From assembly GCF_964213995.1 (NCBI RefSeq), contig NC_135815.1, forward strand, positions 101,742,001 through 101,806,000: a stretch of 64,000 nt of DNA, read 5' to 3'. Below, in pieces: positions 12,950-26,360 of this stretch (position 1 is its first letter; each line of letters begins with the position of its first letter). This DNA is from Mustelus asterias (Eukaryota). The translations under genes were made by a program, and so were the position numbers. The notes under the pieces were generated by a model. It was not told the DNA's origin and did not search any database. It was given only the letters and a program-made list of their open reading frames with translations.

Positions 12950-14880
12950 ACTCCACTGGATAGAACGCAAGAGTGGACCATTCGGCCTATCCCATCGAGC
13001 CTACCCCACGATCCAAAATGATCATGGCTGATCTTGGGCTTCAACTCCATATTCTCACCCACCCCCTCTATCCCTTAAGAATCTGTCTATCCCACCCTGA
13101 AATACATTCAATGATGGAGCATTCACAACCCTCTGGGGTAGAGAAATCTCAAGATTCACAACTCTTTGGGTGAAGTAATTTCCCCTCACCTCAGTTGTAA
13201 ATGATCGGCCGCTCATCCTGAGACTCTGTATGGATTCTCCGACCCACAGAAACAATTTGAGTGTTCACCTATCAAAACCTTGTACATTTCCATGAGATTA
13301 CCTTTCATTCTTCTAAACTCCAGAGAGCTCGGGCCTAATTTACTTTGCCTCCACCAAAGGACACCCCCCCCCCCCCCCCCCCCCATTCCAGGGACCAATT
13401 TAGTGAACCTTCACTATAGCACCTATAATTCAGCCATAAAGTACGCAAGGCCAAAAGTGCACACACTATTCCAAATGTGGTTTCAGCAAAATTCTGTACA
13501 ACTGCAGCAAGCCTTCCCTATTTCTGTTCCCCAATCTCCTTGCAATAAAGGCCAACATATCATTTGCCTTCCTAATTGCTTGCAGCACCTGCATGCTAAC
13601 TTTGTTCCCTGTCTGAGCACACCCAATTAGTGGAGGCGATGGCCCAGTGGTATTATTGCTAGACTATTTATCCAGAAACTCAGCTAATAGAACCATAGAA
13701 AATTACAGCTCAGAAACAGGCCTTTTGGCCCTTCTTGTCTGTGCCGAACCATTTTATGCCTAGTCCCACTGACCTGCACTTGGACCATATCCCTCCACAC
13801 CCCTCTCATCCATGAACCCGTCCAAGTTTTTCTTAAATGTTAAAAGTGACCCCGCATTTACCACTTTATCCGGCAGCTCATTCCACACTCCCACCACACT
13901 CTGCGTGAAGAAGCACCCCCTAATATTCCCTTTAAACTTTTCTCCTTTCACCCTTAACCCATGCCCTCTGGTTTCTTTCTCCCCTAGCCTCAGCGGAAAA
14001 AGCCTGCTTGCATTCACTCTATCTATACCCATCAAAATCTTATACACCTCTATCAAATCTCCCCTCAATCTTCTACGCTCCAGGGAATAAAGTCCCAACC
14101 CATTCAATCTCTCTCTGTAACTCAGCTTCTCAAGTCCCGGCAACATCCTTGTGAACCTTCTCTGCACTCTTTCAATCTTATTTACATCCTTCCTGTAACT
14201 AGGTGACCAAAACTGTACACAATACTCCAAATTCGGCCTCACCAATGCCTTATATAACCTTACCATAACACTCCAACTTTTATACTCGATGCTCCGATTT
14301 ATAAAGGCCAATGTACCAAAGGCACTCTTTACGACCCTATCCCCTATAATGTTCTGGGGACCTGGATTCAAAACCCACCACAGCAAATGGTGGAATTTGA
14401 ATTCAATAAAAGAAAAGAATCTACTGATAGCCATGAAACCATTGTTGAAAAAACCCATCTGATTCACTTATGTCCTTTAGGGAAAGAAATCTGCCATCCT
14501 TACCTGGTCTGGCCTACATGTGTCTCCAGAGCCAAGGCATCGTGGTTGCCTTTCAACTGCCCTCGGGCAACCATGGCTGGGCAATAAATGCTGGCCAGCG
14601 AGTGACGCCCATGTTCCATGAATGAATAAAAAAAATTCTTTCTAAACATCAACACTTGCAAGTTTCTGACCTTTTTTTAAAGAAATCTGCTTTTCTAATC
14701 TTACCACTAAGTGAATAAGTTCACACTTCTCTACATCACACACTCCATCTGCCATCATGTTTCCCAGTCACTTAACCATCACAATCTTTGTGTCCTCCTC
14801 ACAGCTCACATTTCCACCTAGCTTGATATCATTAATAATTGTTCCAACGTTGCTTCTGATATAAGTTGTTTGAGTGCAAC
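12950..14880 (-). mobile_element. Old CR1 interrupted by a tRNA-SINE (13632-14635, +), itself interrupted by a young CR1 (13689-14345, -)
   Basis: SINE head GGCGATGGCCCAGTGG...CAGCTAAT resumes as GTTCTGGGGACCTGGATTCAAA at 14351; the young CR1 encodes open RPNLEYCVQFWSP...RLRGDLIE. Confidence 0.8.
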
Positions 14881-15394
14881 TCTTTGGGAAGATTTTACTG
14901 ATGCATACTTTTGTTGTGAAGCCTTACTCATCGGAAGCATATGCCGGAAAACCATGGAAGGTGCAGATGATTTTGCAACACACATTTCCAGCAGGTAGGT
15001 TGTGTAAAATGAATCAGTTGGGAATGAAACCGGATTGTAAAGACCTGGCAGTGTGCTGTGCCTGCAGAAATCCTGCTTCAAAGCATGATCCTTCAGTCCA
15101 ATTCCAAAACTTTATTTCAAAGTTTAATTAACTCCTGGAAACACCAAAATTACTGTTTTTATTTTTTTTAAAAATTTACTTGAAGGTCGCAGTGACCTGA
15201 TGCACACCCGTGTCAGCGACAATATAAACATGGGTCTCAAAGTAAAAAACAGCACCACCTAGCTTGAAGGCCAACAAGTGCAGGACTCAAAAGAATTAAG
15301 TAAAATCAGAAAACCTATAGCCAAAAACATTACAAGACATAACTGTAGAAAGTACAGACTTCTCACATGCAATGGGTGCAGAGTTATTTGTTTG

Positions 15395-15730
15395 GTAATA
15401 CAGATTTGAGTATTGCTGAAAAAAGACATTTTGTTGAAGCTTTTCATCTTGCACTCATCAGGGTGATCACAAGAATAGCTGTGTCTGGGGGAACGACAAC
15501 TTTATACTTCATAAGTGGGTCCTGATTGGTTGGCAAGGTGACTCTGATTGGGAGAGGCATTGCCACTGAGAATGCACCAGGTGATGGTGACTGACAGTTA
15601 ACGGCCAAGCATTGTTTGAAATTTAAACCAGGTAGCTTGACTCTGTAGAATGAAGCAGCAAATGGCCATCACTTATTTTCTTCACCTGAAACAGGTGCAA
15701 TGTGTGTACATGTTGTTTGAAAAGAACATG
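15395..15730 (-). mobile_element. Penelope-like pLTR family C (CCAAT-rich, hammerhead-like core)
   Basis: Reverse complement of 47470-47830; CTGATGAGTGCAAGATGAAAAGCTT on minus at 15461-15437. Confidence 0.6.
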
Positions 15731-16974
15731 CAAAATTAGTGAACTTTCCATTACAACACACACACGAGTTGAAGGATATGCTATTTTATAACAGAAGGTA
15801 GATTAGATTGAGTACAGCTCTGTTGACAGACAATGACAATCAAGTCAGGTTGCATTTTATTATGTCATTCTGGAATTTTTACTGATCATTTATTGATGGG
15901 ATTCTGCATTTCTGCTCATTTTTCCTTAAGAACTGTAAATCAGTGGCCTCGATAATTATTGCATGCTCCATTATCCACTCCTTTTCAAAAACCGCAGACC
16001 CACAGTAAGAAAGTGCATACACATTCCTGAACCTTGGCAATGCAATGAAATAGAAAGTTCTGCAGTATTTCAACATAGATAAGACATCTTGGAGGTTAAT
16101 GGAGGGAACCCGAGTCTGGCTGCACAGATGACTATTCTGAGGTTTTACAGCACTGAGGGCAAGCAGGCATACAAAAGAATACCAAGATTTACTAGTAAAC
16201 ACAGACCGCTGACATCTGATGGCACAGGCAATAGATCTCGGGGTTAGAAATTAGATTTGAAGGCACTGAGAAGAATCTTCACAGATTAGCCAAACTAGGA
16301 GGTGTAATGTGTAGTTTGACGAATCTTCAAGCCTCACAGCTCTGGCTTTCACTTTATAAACAATTCCCCCCCAGTTAGTGAATCAAGTGTTTTCCTCAGT
16401 AAAAATTAAATCCCGTTAACACACATCACAGCCCCAAAAATCAGTTCAACTTCCAAAAAGCTTTTTCTTTAATCATTTGGGAGAGTTGAGGGAGGGGCTG
16501 TAACCAGCATCCTCAAACACATCCTACGTTATCAAGTTCCTGAATTTACCTCAAAGCTTCAACTCATGATACATTTCGTTGGAATTAAAACTCAACAAAC
16601 TGGTTTATTCCTCCCAGATCTTTACGTTATTTATTATAATAATATAACAATCTCAGAGTCACAGTGGAAATACAATACGTACTCAGGAATTGTCTCTAAT
16701 TCCCATGCCCAAATGTTTGAGTTAACTGTTGTGGATGAGCCTGGAGGCTGGTTATTACCCATGTCTCCCATGGATTGGTGCTAGGCCAATTATTTTCACT
16801 TAATGAACTGGTTGGTGATTTGTGCACAAGTTAAGAATGGTTTCAATACATTGCTACAACAGGCTATACAATGGTAAATAGTTTTCCAAATTGTTCAAAT
16901 TCAGTGTCATGCATGTAGGGAATAAGAACACAATATACTAATCATTTACAGGGAACAATACTCAAAAGTGCTTC

Positions 16975-17350
16975 ATAAAATATAGGAGTAAAAGGCCATT
17001 CAACCCATCAATAAGATCATGCCTGATCTGATCATGGCCTCAACTCTAATTTCCTGCCCCCACCTCCTCCAATAACCCTTGACTTCCCTCTTGATCAAAA
17101 ATCTATCTAACTCAGCCTTGAATATATTCAATGACCCTGTCTCCTTTGTTCTTCATGGAACACCATTCCAAACACTAACAATTCTCAAAACAAATTCCTC
17201 CTCACTTGGAACTGATCCTGAGCAGTAATCTGGATGTACCTACATCACAGCGAGTCTGGTGATTCAAGCTGCCACCTGCTCCAACACAATTAGGGATGAG
17301 TAATAATTACTGGGCCTTGTCAGCCACACTCCCATCCCACCGAGGAATTA
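16975..17350. mobile_element. CR1 3' tail (-) next to a CR1/L2-group tail (+)
   Basis: GGCCATTCAACCC...GATCATG; ...AATTAGGGATG...AATTACTGGGCC. Confidence 0.6.
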
Positions 17351-17829
17351 TTGGGTCTATTTACTTCAGAACAGTGTATACTTAGAGACACCAAAAAGTG
17401 TTTTTTGGTAAAGAGGGAGAGGCATAATAATGCTTCATATGGTTATCCGACAGATGACTAATTGGTGCAACAGACATCTTCCAGTTTGACTTTTGGACTT
17501 GACAGAGTAACGGTCGGGCCTGTATCAGGACAAATAGCGGCGGACGGAGCCTGCGATTGATGGAAACCAGAGCATTAAAGACAGTTAGAATGCTTATAGC
17601 AGAGATGTTAAGATGGATAACAGTCTAGATAAAAACGAGTTGGAAATTGAAATGTGATTTTTCGATGCACACGATGAAAGCAGGAATGAAAACACAAAAT
17701 ATAGATCCAATTTAATCATGACAAAAAATAGGTGACGCAAAATTTGCAGGAAGTAAAATTGACATATATAATTTTTAATAGTGTTACAACAGCCCAAATA
17801 GCACTCTGAATGAATCATATCATAGAGCA

Positions 17830-18180
17830 GAAACATAAAATCCCTATGTGCAAAAGGAAGCCATTTGACCCATCGAGTCAGCACCAACCCTCTGACACAG
17901 CGTCTTGCCCAGGCTCCATCACTGTAACTCCACATATTTATCCTGCTAATCCCCCCTAACCTGCACATCTTTGGACACTAAGGGGCAATTTAGCATGGCC
18001 AATCCACCTAACCTACACATCATTGGAGTGTGGGAGGAAACCGGAGCACCTAGAGGAAACCATGCAGACATGGGGAGAATGTGCAAACTCCACAAAGACA
18101 GCGACCCAAGCCGGGAATTGAATCCGGGTCCATGGTGCTGTGAGGCAGCAGTGCTAACCATTCTGCCACCGTGCCGTCCC
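17830..18180 (-). mobile_element. HE1/V-SINE
   Basis: Reverse complement of HE1 head, V-domain and tail. Confidence 0.88.
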
Positions 18181-18479
18181 TTATATAGACAGCCCTGAAA
18201 ACAAATTGTCTTTTGAATCAAAGTCAAATGAAGCTGATATTATTTGTGATCCAACTAAACTATTGCAATACATCAAATCTTTAAGTTAAAAGCGGAAGTT
18301 TCGAAAACCATTTGTGAGAAATCTGCTCAGAAATATCTGAAGTATTGGAGTCTGTAGAGGAAATAATTCTGAAAAGGTGGAAGCAAACTGAGACTAAATG
18401 CATAAAGGAGGAGACTCAATGGAAACTTACAGAAGGCAAAAGGTAGTGATTTTCTAAAACAATACGACAATTGTGTCCT

Positions 18480-19162
18480 CGTGCATCAGTTGCTGAAAGT
18501 AAGCGTGTAGGTACAGCAGGCAGTGAAGGTAAATGGCCTGCTGGCCTTCATAGCAAGAGGATTTGAGTATAGAAATAGGGATGTTTTGCTGCAATTGTAT
18601 AGGGTGTGGTGAGGCCACCCACCTGGAGTATTGTGTGCAGTTTTGGTGTCCTTATCTGTCTTTGCTATAGAGAGAGTACAGCGAAGGTTTACCAGGCTGA
18701 TTCCTGGGATGGCAGGTCTGTCATATGAGGAGAAACTAAGTCGGTTAGGTTTATATTCACTGGAGTTTAGAAGAGGGAGAGGGGATCTCATAGCAACTTA
18801 TAAAATTCTAACAGGGTTAGACAGGGTCGATTCAGTAAGAATGTCCCCGATGGTGGGGGGAGTCCAGAACTAGGGGTCATAGTTTGAGAATAAGGGGTAA
18901 ACCTTTTACAATTGTGAGGAGGAACTTCTTCACCCAGAAGGTGGTGAATGTGTAGAATTCACTACCACAGATAATAGATGAGGCCTAAACGTTGCGTGAT
19001 TGAGAAGAAATTAGATGTAGCTCAAGGAGCTAAAGGGATCAAAAGATATGGGGGGAAGCGGGGATCAGGATATTGAATTCAATGATCAACCATGATCAAA
19101 ATGAATGGCAGAGCAGGTGCGAAGGGCCGAATGGTCTACTCTTGCTTCTAGTTTCTATGTTA
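18480..19162 (+). mobile_element. CR1 3' fragment
   Basis: IERVQRRFTRLIPGM...RGDLI; 3'UTR ending GTTTCTATGTT. Confidence 0.88.
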
Positions 19163-19689
19163 ATCCCTGATGAGCAAGATTCCCCAATTCCTTCCTTCTC
19201 CCCCAATCCCTGGGCAGGAACCTAGTGACATACAAAATGAAGGAATGAAACAGAGCACTCAGTAAACTGTAGGAAGCTTCCAACACACTCAGACAGATGT
19301 GTAAATGAAACCACTCCCTCCTCGTCCCAGGGTGCAGAAACCATGCACCATCCCACTGCTTCAGTGTGCATTCACTCCTGGATTAGATTCAATTCCTGCT
19401 CCCACGCCACAGTATTGCTCAAATTCAATTTCACCTCCTCCACCATCAGGCTGTCCAATGTCCCCGTTCCCCTACCCCCACTGATCCTTTCCTTACCCAC
19501 TCGGGGCTGTGTAACTCCAGTCTCACACCAACATTCAATGCCCTCGGAGGCTGTATTAAACCCCGACAAGGATTAGAAACAGGAGAAGGACTTGACTTTT
19601 ACCTAAACATCAGGTCAGGATACAATGAAGGAACCACTACAGGTTTTTGTGGAGACCAAGTCCCATCTTCACATTGAGGACACCTTCTA

Positions 19690-19910
19690 CCATGATTCAG
19701 CCAGAGTGAGGGTATCGGAAATTTGGAGCCAAGCGGGAATTCTGCGCTGAGGGGAAGACGCGCTCACCTTTGGGAGGAGCGGAGAGGTGGATCTGCGAGG
19801 GAGACGCAAGAGCGAGTGAGAGGGCGAACTGCCAGTTGTCGTGGTGCATATGGGCACCAAAGATATAGGTAAAAAAATGGGATGAGGTCCCACAAACTGA
19901 ATTTAGGGAC
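19690..19910 (+). mobile_element. Decayed CR1 ORF1 esterase fragment
   Basis: Encodes PVVVVHMGTKDIG, like PDVVVHIGTNDVG of the ORF1 at 41399. Confidence 0.6.
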
Positions 19911-19972
19911 CAATAATTCTTTTGTTTAAAGTAGACAAAGTTTGAGATTTAAAACACTCTGAATAAAGCCCG

Positions 19973-20849
19973 TGATGATTTGTGGGTTTTGAACAAACAA
20001 AATCAACATGGTTAGAAAGACAAAACAATTTACAATATCTCTTATTTTCTAATATTCAGAGTTAATTGGAGATGCATGTGAATTAACACAATCTGGGTTC
20101 CAATACACCAGTAAACATGGTAAATGGCAAGTGCGACCAAGAAGATTTCTCAACAACCCATTCAGTAAACACCGAGTTAACCAACCACATTGAAACTCTC
20201 TCACGAGGGACTCCAGTCTTCACTTTCAAAGATCTCACATTGGAATTCACTCCAAAACTCACTCTAACTCAGAGGGTTTCAATGACAGCCCACCTTGTAG
20301 CGTTTCAATCTCAGCTCCTGAGACTCCATTCCCTTGGATTCTCAAGACTGCGCTCCAACACCAGTTCACAAGTGCAACGCTTTAGCCATGTCAGCAGAAA
20401 CATTGCTGCTCCAAAAGATTACCTTTGCTCCAATGGCCCTCAGTACAGAGTCCCCCACCTTCTGCTGCCTTCTTAGGTCTCCAGGGCTTCTCCCAAGTTC
20501 AGGAGTTCCCATTACATGAAGTCTGCCAACTACAGCCTCGTCCTCTGCTCCTTTCTCTTTAACTGGGACTTCTCACTGTTTCAACTCTGGGACTCCCTCT
20601 GGAACCTCTTCCTGTCTCCTGCCCAGGCCTCTTCTCAATTATGGCGCTCCGCTCTCAGTCACATGATTGGAGTTGGTGCATTATTTTCGTATTACACCGG
20701 CACGTGAAATTAGCCTGGAGAACTACAAAATGTTGGACTGCGCATGTACTGCCCACTTCCAATCCACACATGGGCGGATACTCCCGTGCACGCTGAGTGT
20801 TACAGTTCCCAACCCCACCTGACCCCACATACCCCACATTTCACCATCA
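19973..20849. mobile_element. Candidate solo LTR
   Basis: TGATG...CATCA termini flanked by AGCCCG / AGCCTG (6-bp TSD with one CpG-type change). Confidence 0.45.
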
Positions 20850-21002
20850 AGCCTGATACCCAACTCTAGTTCAATGAAGAATGTAGAACATTCCAAGCAT
20901 GTTGGAAATGAAGTGTCAAGCTGGTGAAACTACAACACAGAATGATGTGCATGTTAAATAGCATGTAGCAGCTAAGTAATCCCAATCAAAGATCTCAAAG
21001 GT

Positions 21003-21305
21003 TCAGCACAGTGACACAGTGGTTAGCTCTGCTGCCTCACAGCACCAGCAACCCGGGTCCAATTCCAGTCCTGGGTGACTGTGCGGAGTCTGTACATTCG
21101 CCCCGCATCTGTGTTGGTTTCTTCCAGGTGCTCCTGTTTCTTCCTACAGTCCAGAAATGTGCAGGTGAGGTGGATTGGCCTTTCTAACTGCGCAGAGTCA
21201 CAGGGAAAGGGCGGGGGTAGGGCCTGTGGAATGCTCTATCGGAGAGTCGATGCAGACTCGATGGGCTGGATGGCCTCTTTCTGCACTGTAGGAATTCTAT
21301 GGTTC
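21003..21305 (+). mobile_element. HE1/V-SINE (diverged)
   Basis: Head, V-domain and tail recognisable. Confidence 0.82.
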
Positions 21306-22344
21306 AATGAACTCAGCCAAAGCTTTATAATCCTGCCACATTGCAAATGGTGAATTAGATAACTTACCGGCAGACAAAACATCATGAACATCCCCAACCA
21401 TCTTCAGCCAACTTACCTAGTGGATAATCCTTCTCAGCCTCTTCCCAAGATCCCCACAATCACAGATAAAATTCAATCCACATTACATCAACGCAGTAAC
21501 AATTGTGGGCTCCCACTTCCTGGTTGCAGTGATGATCTGTGCTCCAGAATCAGCCATGCCTCTAGCCACGCTGTGACAGTACAACTACAACACAGGCATC
21601 TACCCTATAATGAAAACTTACCTAGTTATGTCCAGGGTACAAAAAACAAAACCTATCCAATCAAGCTAATTACCACCCAGTAATCCTACTAGCGAGAGAG
21701 AGGGCTGAATTCCAGAAGTCAGCCTCCAACTGTCTTTGACATCAATAGAGTACTGCACCCAGGGGCCTGGGTAAACCTGGAAACAGAGGTGATCATGGAG
21801 AAAACCCACCTTAGCTGGAGCCAGTACAATGGAAGGTAGTTAGAATCATCTGAAACCAATCACTTAGCCTCAGGGTAGTGCGCGAGTCCAAATATCATCA
21901 GCTGATTCAATGACCTTTCCTCCCTCTTAAAGTCAAAAGCTGGCTATTTGCTGAAGGCTGCTAAACATTCAATTCTATTCACAATTCCACAGACCATGAG
22001 GCTGCCCTTGCCCACATGCAGAAGGACCTACACAATACCCAGGATTAGGCCAGCGAAAATAGTTCCAGTGGATTGGAAAAATTTAATTTCACTTTTTAGA
22101 TTGAGTTCACATTGCAAATGCAGAGCTGATACAACTGGCTCCAGAGTTTAGGGGCCTGTGGTTAGGGGCCCACCCTAATACTTCAATAAAGTCAGGTAGA
22201 ATTCCTTGAAGGGAGCACTCCAATTCACTTTGAGGTCTTAATTCAATTTACAATTCACAGACTTCTCAAATCACAAAACAAAAACCACTCTGTAGCAATG
22301 TTAAAGTGCTGTTCAAATGGATTGTTACCTTTCTGTGGCTATGA

Positions 22345-22540
22345 TTCATCTTTCATTCCCTCCCCCTGCAGCATAAATATCTCCCACTTTCTACGCCTTT
22401 AGCTTTGACAAAGGGTCATCTGGACTCAAAACGTCAGCTCTTTTCTCTCATTACAGGTGCTGCCAGACCTGCTGAGACTTTCCAGCGTTTTTTCTTTTGG
22501 TTTCAGATTCCAGCATCCGCAGTAATTTGCTTTTATCCAG
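22345..22540 (+). mobile_element. Penelope-like pLTR family B
   Basis: AGCT-TTGACAAA-GGGTC-ATCTG-GACTC-AAAA-CGTC-AGCT followed by GCTGCCAGACCTGCTGAG. Confidence 0.7.
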
Positions 22541-23185
22541 TGTTACATATACCTGCTCCTCTGTGTGCAATGGACAGGGACATTCTGTTACACTCATTAT
22601 ACCAGAGACATTTTCAGACTACTTATTAAAAACTGTTTCAGTTCTGACTCAAAAATATTAGAAAACGCCAAGTACAATGTTCTCAAAAATCAGGAGATTT
22701 CTATTGGCTCAAATCTTAATTTATATCACAACAATAGAACTTACCATCCACAAATAACTTTGAGTAACAGTTGAGCAATGCACTTTATAGATATAGCATG
22801 TTAGTGCCCCAGTGCATTCGCCCACTCAATAGGATGAGCTTTGCATCCACAACTCCCAGAAGTTGATTTCCCAATCATAAGATGCCAAGTAGAAACCAAA
22901 TACTTTCCCACAGAGAGTGGATAAAACTGGAGGGTGAATTCTTCCAGACTAGTGTTAAACATTGCTTGGAAGCTAGCAATAAAGCAAAGCTTTTAGAGAC
23001 CTTGGGAAAGGCTGCTAGCCTGTCCTCTGAAATGAGCATTGCATTCACAAGCTAAGAAAAGGTGCAGAATGAGTTTTAAAAGTTTGACCTTTTTTTTTTT
23101 AAGTGTTTAGCTGTAATACAATAATTCAGCAAAGTTGACTCATTTATACTTCTTGTGCCAACATTTCAAGATGAGCAACACTTAC

Positions 23186-25132
23186 TTGTGACATAGATTC
23201 TTCCACTGGACTTGAACTCTGAATTCTTGCCTTTTCTTCAATAGCTCGAACAGGAGTAGGGTCTGCCCAGCCAGTCAATTGGGGGCTGCTGGAAAGGGCA
23301 GTTTCTGTCCTGTCGCACTGACTCATTTCTTCTTTAAAGGCACCAAGAGACTGCTCGTCACCAAAAGCTGCCCACGATGTACTTTCAGCTACTGAATCCC
23401 CAAAGGCATTCCACTCTGTGTCGTGTCCGCCAGCTGAAAAGTCTTCATCACTTCTGAATCCTGCAAATTCAGACCCATTTTTATCCTCCTGAATGGACCC
23501 AAATTCCCCAAAGTCTTCCTCATTGTCAGTCTTTCTAATTGTGGCAGCAGTCCCATGCTCACCAAATTCCAGGTCATCTTCATGCTCCGTTTCCACCCTC
23601 TTGTCTGCTGGAGATTCTGAAAAATTAGCGAACCGTTTTAGAGAGTGGGTACTCTCAGTACCAAAATCCCCAAACTCATCTTTCACACCAGCTTCCCGAA
23701 ATGTTGCAAGCTCTTGTGTCGTCAAGTTTGAAGCTGTTTTGCTCTCAGAGTTTACAGAATGCACATCAACTGTTCCAAAATCATCCGGAGCATCAGAATT
23801 CAACACTGGGCTGAAAGTAGAAAAATCGCCATCTTGTGAATAGCTGCTTCTTGAAATTCCGAAGTGTTCAGATTCATTTTGCTCTGTCCGTTTCATATCA
23901 GTTTCCGGTTGTTCATCATTGACTGAATGGCCTTGTTCAATCGGAGACAGTTTACATACAACACTGTCTGTAAAATCACCATACTCTTCCTCATGAATAT
24001 ACGTTTCCAATTCTAATTCTGGTGTACCTTCTTTTTCACTATCTGATTGATCTATAACTAATTGACTCCCTCTACTTTCTGTGGTAGTGGTCTCTTTTAC
24101 TTTGTCCAACAATTCATGAACTGGCTGCTGAGCATTTTGATCCCTAGTTTCAATGTGTTCCATTGACTCCGATGAGTCCCAATTACTATTAGCAATGCTT
24201 GTGTCAGCTGAAGTACTATGTTCAGAGGAGCTGCTCTGGGTGTGGACTACATCTGCATCTGTACCATTCCCACTTTCACAACTTGAAGCCACTTTCAGTT
24301 GATCACAATCCACTTCAAAGTTCGAACTGACCTGAATGTCGGGCAGTTCCCTGAAAGTGGAATGAATGCCAGCATTTTGCTCTCCTTTCAGTGGTGCTTT
24401 GCTGAGAGTAGACTGAGACCCACTTGCATTTTCTTCTGTTAAATTGGCAGGCTCTTTAACATTTGAAAATGCAGAAAACTCAGCAAAGTCCTCAACTGGT
24501 CTTGTCACAGACTCTGACTGGAGTTGAGAAATGTGAGCATTTGTAGATGTTTGATCACTTGTGTCGTCCATATTTTCTATTCCCTGAGAATGTGTTGAAT
24601 CTTTTGTTGGGTATCCATTTGTCAGAATTTCTGGGTTGCTCTTTTGACCATTGCAATGCCCTCCTGGTCCTGAACCTATTGCATGAGCGTCCTTGGCCAG
24701 GCTATCAAATCTAGCAGTTACTTCCGTTTGTTTTATGGATTCCATTGCTTGTTCCGTTGCCGTATAATCCAAATCATTCCTTGAAGATTTCGATCGAATT
24801 ACATCCTTATCAGTACTTCTAGATACATCATTTGGCATTCCTTCCGCAGCTCTCGAGAAGCCCGAGAGAAAGTCTTTGCCCTCACTGGCACTTGCTGAAT
24901 GAAAGTCAGCAAATACGTCGGTATGACTGGGGTATTCACGGCCAGGCACAAAATGGTTCTGGGGCAAAAAGTTCCCATGGTGGTCTTCCAAATCAAAGTC
25001 AGTGTAACCAAGAGTTGAACTACCAACGCCTGAAAAACCACCAAATTCACCATACTCCTCATCATCCATTTCAGTCCCATCATCTAGTGGTGGTGGTGAT
25101 GAAGAATACATTCTAATAACTTCAGGTTCCAT
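23186..25132 (-). CDS. AFTPH: Aftiphilin, first coding exon (exon 2; 649 codons, acidic region with adaptor-ear-binding motifs)
   Basis: Starts MEPEVIRMYSSSPPPLDDG (aftiphilin N-terminus). Contains YGEF/FAEF/YGDF/FGDF/FGEF and WNAF/WAAF motifs. Acceptor ttctctctag|G at 25162 gives 30 nt of 5'UTR; donor CAA|GTAAG at 23186, phase 0. Confidence 0.96.
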
Positions 25133-25374
25133 GATGTCTCTCCTCGAGTTAGTTTGTTACACCTAGAGAGAAGAACAGAAGTTATTAGAAATCTGGAACT
25201 TTATATTTCAGATAAACTCATTCAATCATCATTGCTAATCAGACCACAATGGAAACATTCTGGAAGTTCATCTCCCAGAATAAATTTTTCATACGAAACT
25301 AGGGACAAACATGAATGGGAACTTAAAAAAAACCTTAAACTTCCTATTTAAATAAACTGACACACAACTATCTT

Positions 25375-25682
25375 CATAGAATCCCTACAGTGCAGGAGGC
25401 CGCCATTTAGCCCATCGGGCCTGCGCCAACAACAATCCCACCCAGGGTCTATCCCCATAACCCCACATATTTACCCTCCTAATCTCCTGACCCTAAGGGG
25501 CAATTTAATCATGGCCAATCAACCTAACCTGCACATCTTTGGACTGTGGGAGGAAACCAGAGCACCCGGAGGAAACCCACGCAGACATGGGAAGGACGTG
25601 CAAACTCCAGAGGCCGGAATTGAACCCAGGTCCCTAGCGCTGTGAGGCAGCAGTGCTAACCATTGTACCACTGTGCCGCCCA
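25375..25682 (-). mobile_element. HE1/V-SINE
   Basis: Reverse complement of HE1. Confidence 0.88.
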
Positions 25683-26164
25683 AAAGAAATAAAATATGAC
25701 TATCGCAATCAAAACCCTGTATATTAATATAGGCTGATCGATGGAACTGCACACTAAATCAAAACCAACTCTAATCTTCATTAAAGGACAGCGGATAACT
25801 GGACAAATGCAAAAACAATTCAATCACTTTTTCAATCTATACATGCTCGCATTTACCATTTAACAGCAATGATATGGGAAACAGAGTAGCAAAGATGCGT
25901 TATTCTGATATAAGAACATTTAGACTAACTCAGTTTACAAGATGCAAAGCTGTGGATTAGAGTGAACTGAACTAATGGAAATCTTCAAAGGGAATCACAA
26001 GCTCTCAAAGCACAGAGGATGCTCTGAGCGTGACGTCCTATAACCTACAGCCATCGATTTTCTGTCTCAGAGCTACCTGCGGTTAGTTTTTTAAATGGTC
26101 AGGAAAAGAGTCCTGTAAATATGTAGCATCCTGCCTGAGAGAACAGGTTCCAGCATTACTTACA

Positions 26165-26360
26165 ACAAAAACAGTATTAACAAAAAACTGGAAAATCTCA
26201 GTAGGTCTGACGGCATCTGTGGAGAGAGAACAGAGCCAATGTGACTCAAAATGTGAACTCCGTTTCTCTCTCCACAGACGCTGTCAGACCTGCTGAGATT
26301 TTCCAGCATTTGCGGTTTTTGTTTCAGCCTCCATCATCCGCAGTAATTTGCTTTTATCCA
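26165..26360. mobile_element. Penelope-like pLTR family B, inverted pair
   Basis: CTGGAAAATCTCAGTAGGTCTGACGGCATCTGTGGAGAGAG and CTCTCTCCACAGACGCTGTCAGACCTGCTGAGATTTTCCAG. Confidence 0.7.

Noticed and set aside
14818-15131. Short ORFs on both strands in AFTPH intron 2
   Set aside because: No recognisable protein and no matched splice pair; partly overlaps CR1 debris.
23144-23185. C-terminal VSVAHLEMLAQEV of the 662-aa ORF
   Set aside because: Read-through past the GTAAG donor into the intron.
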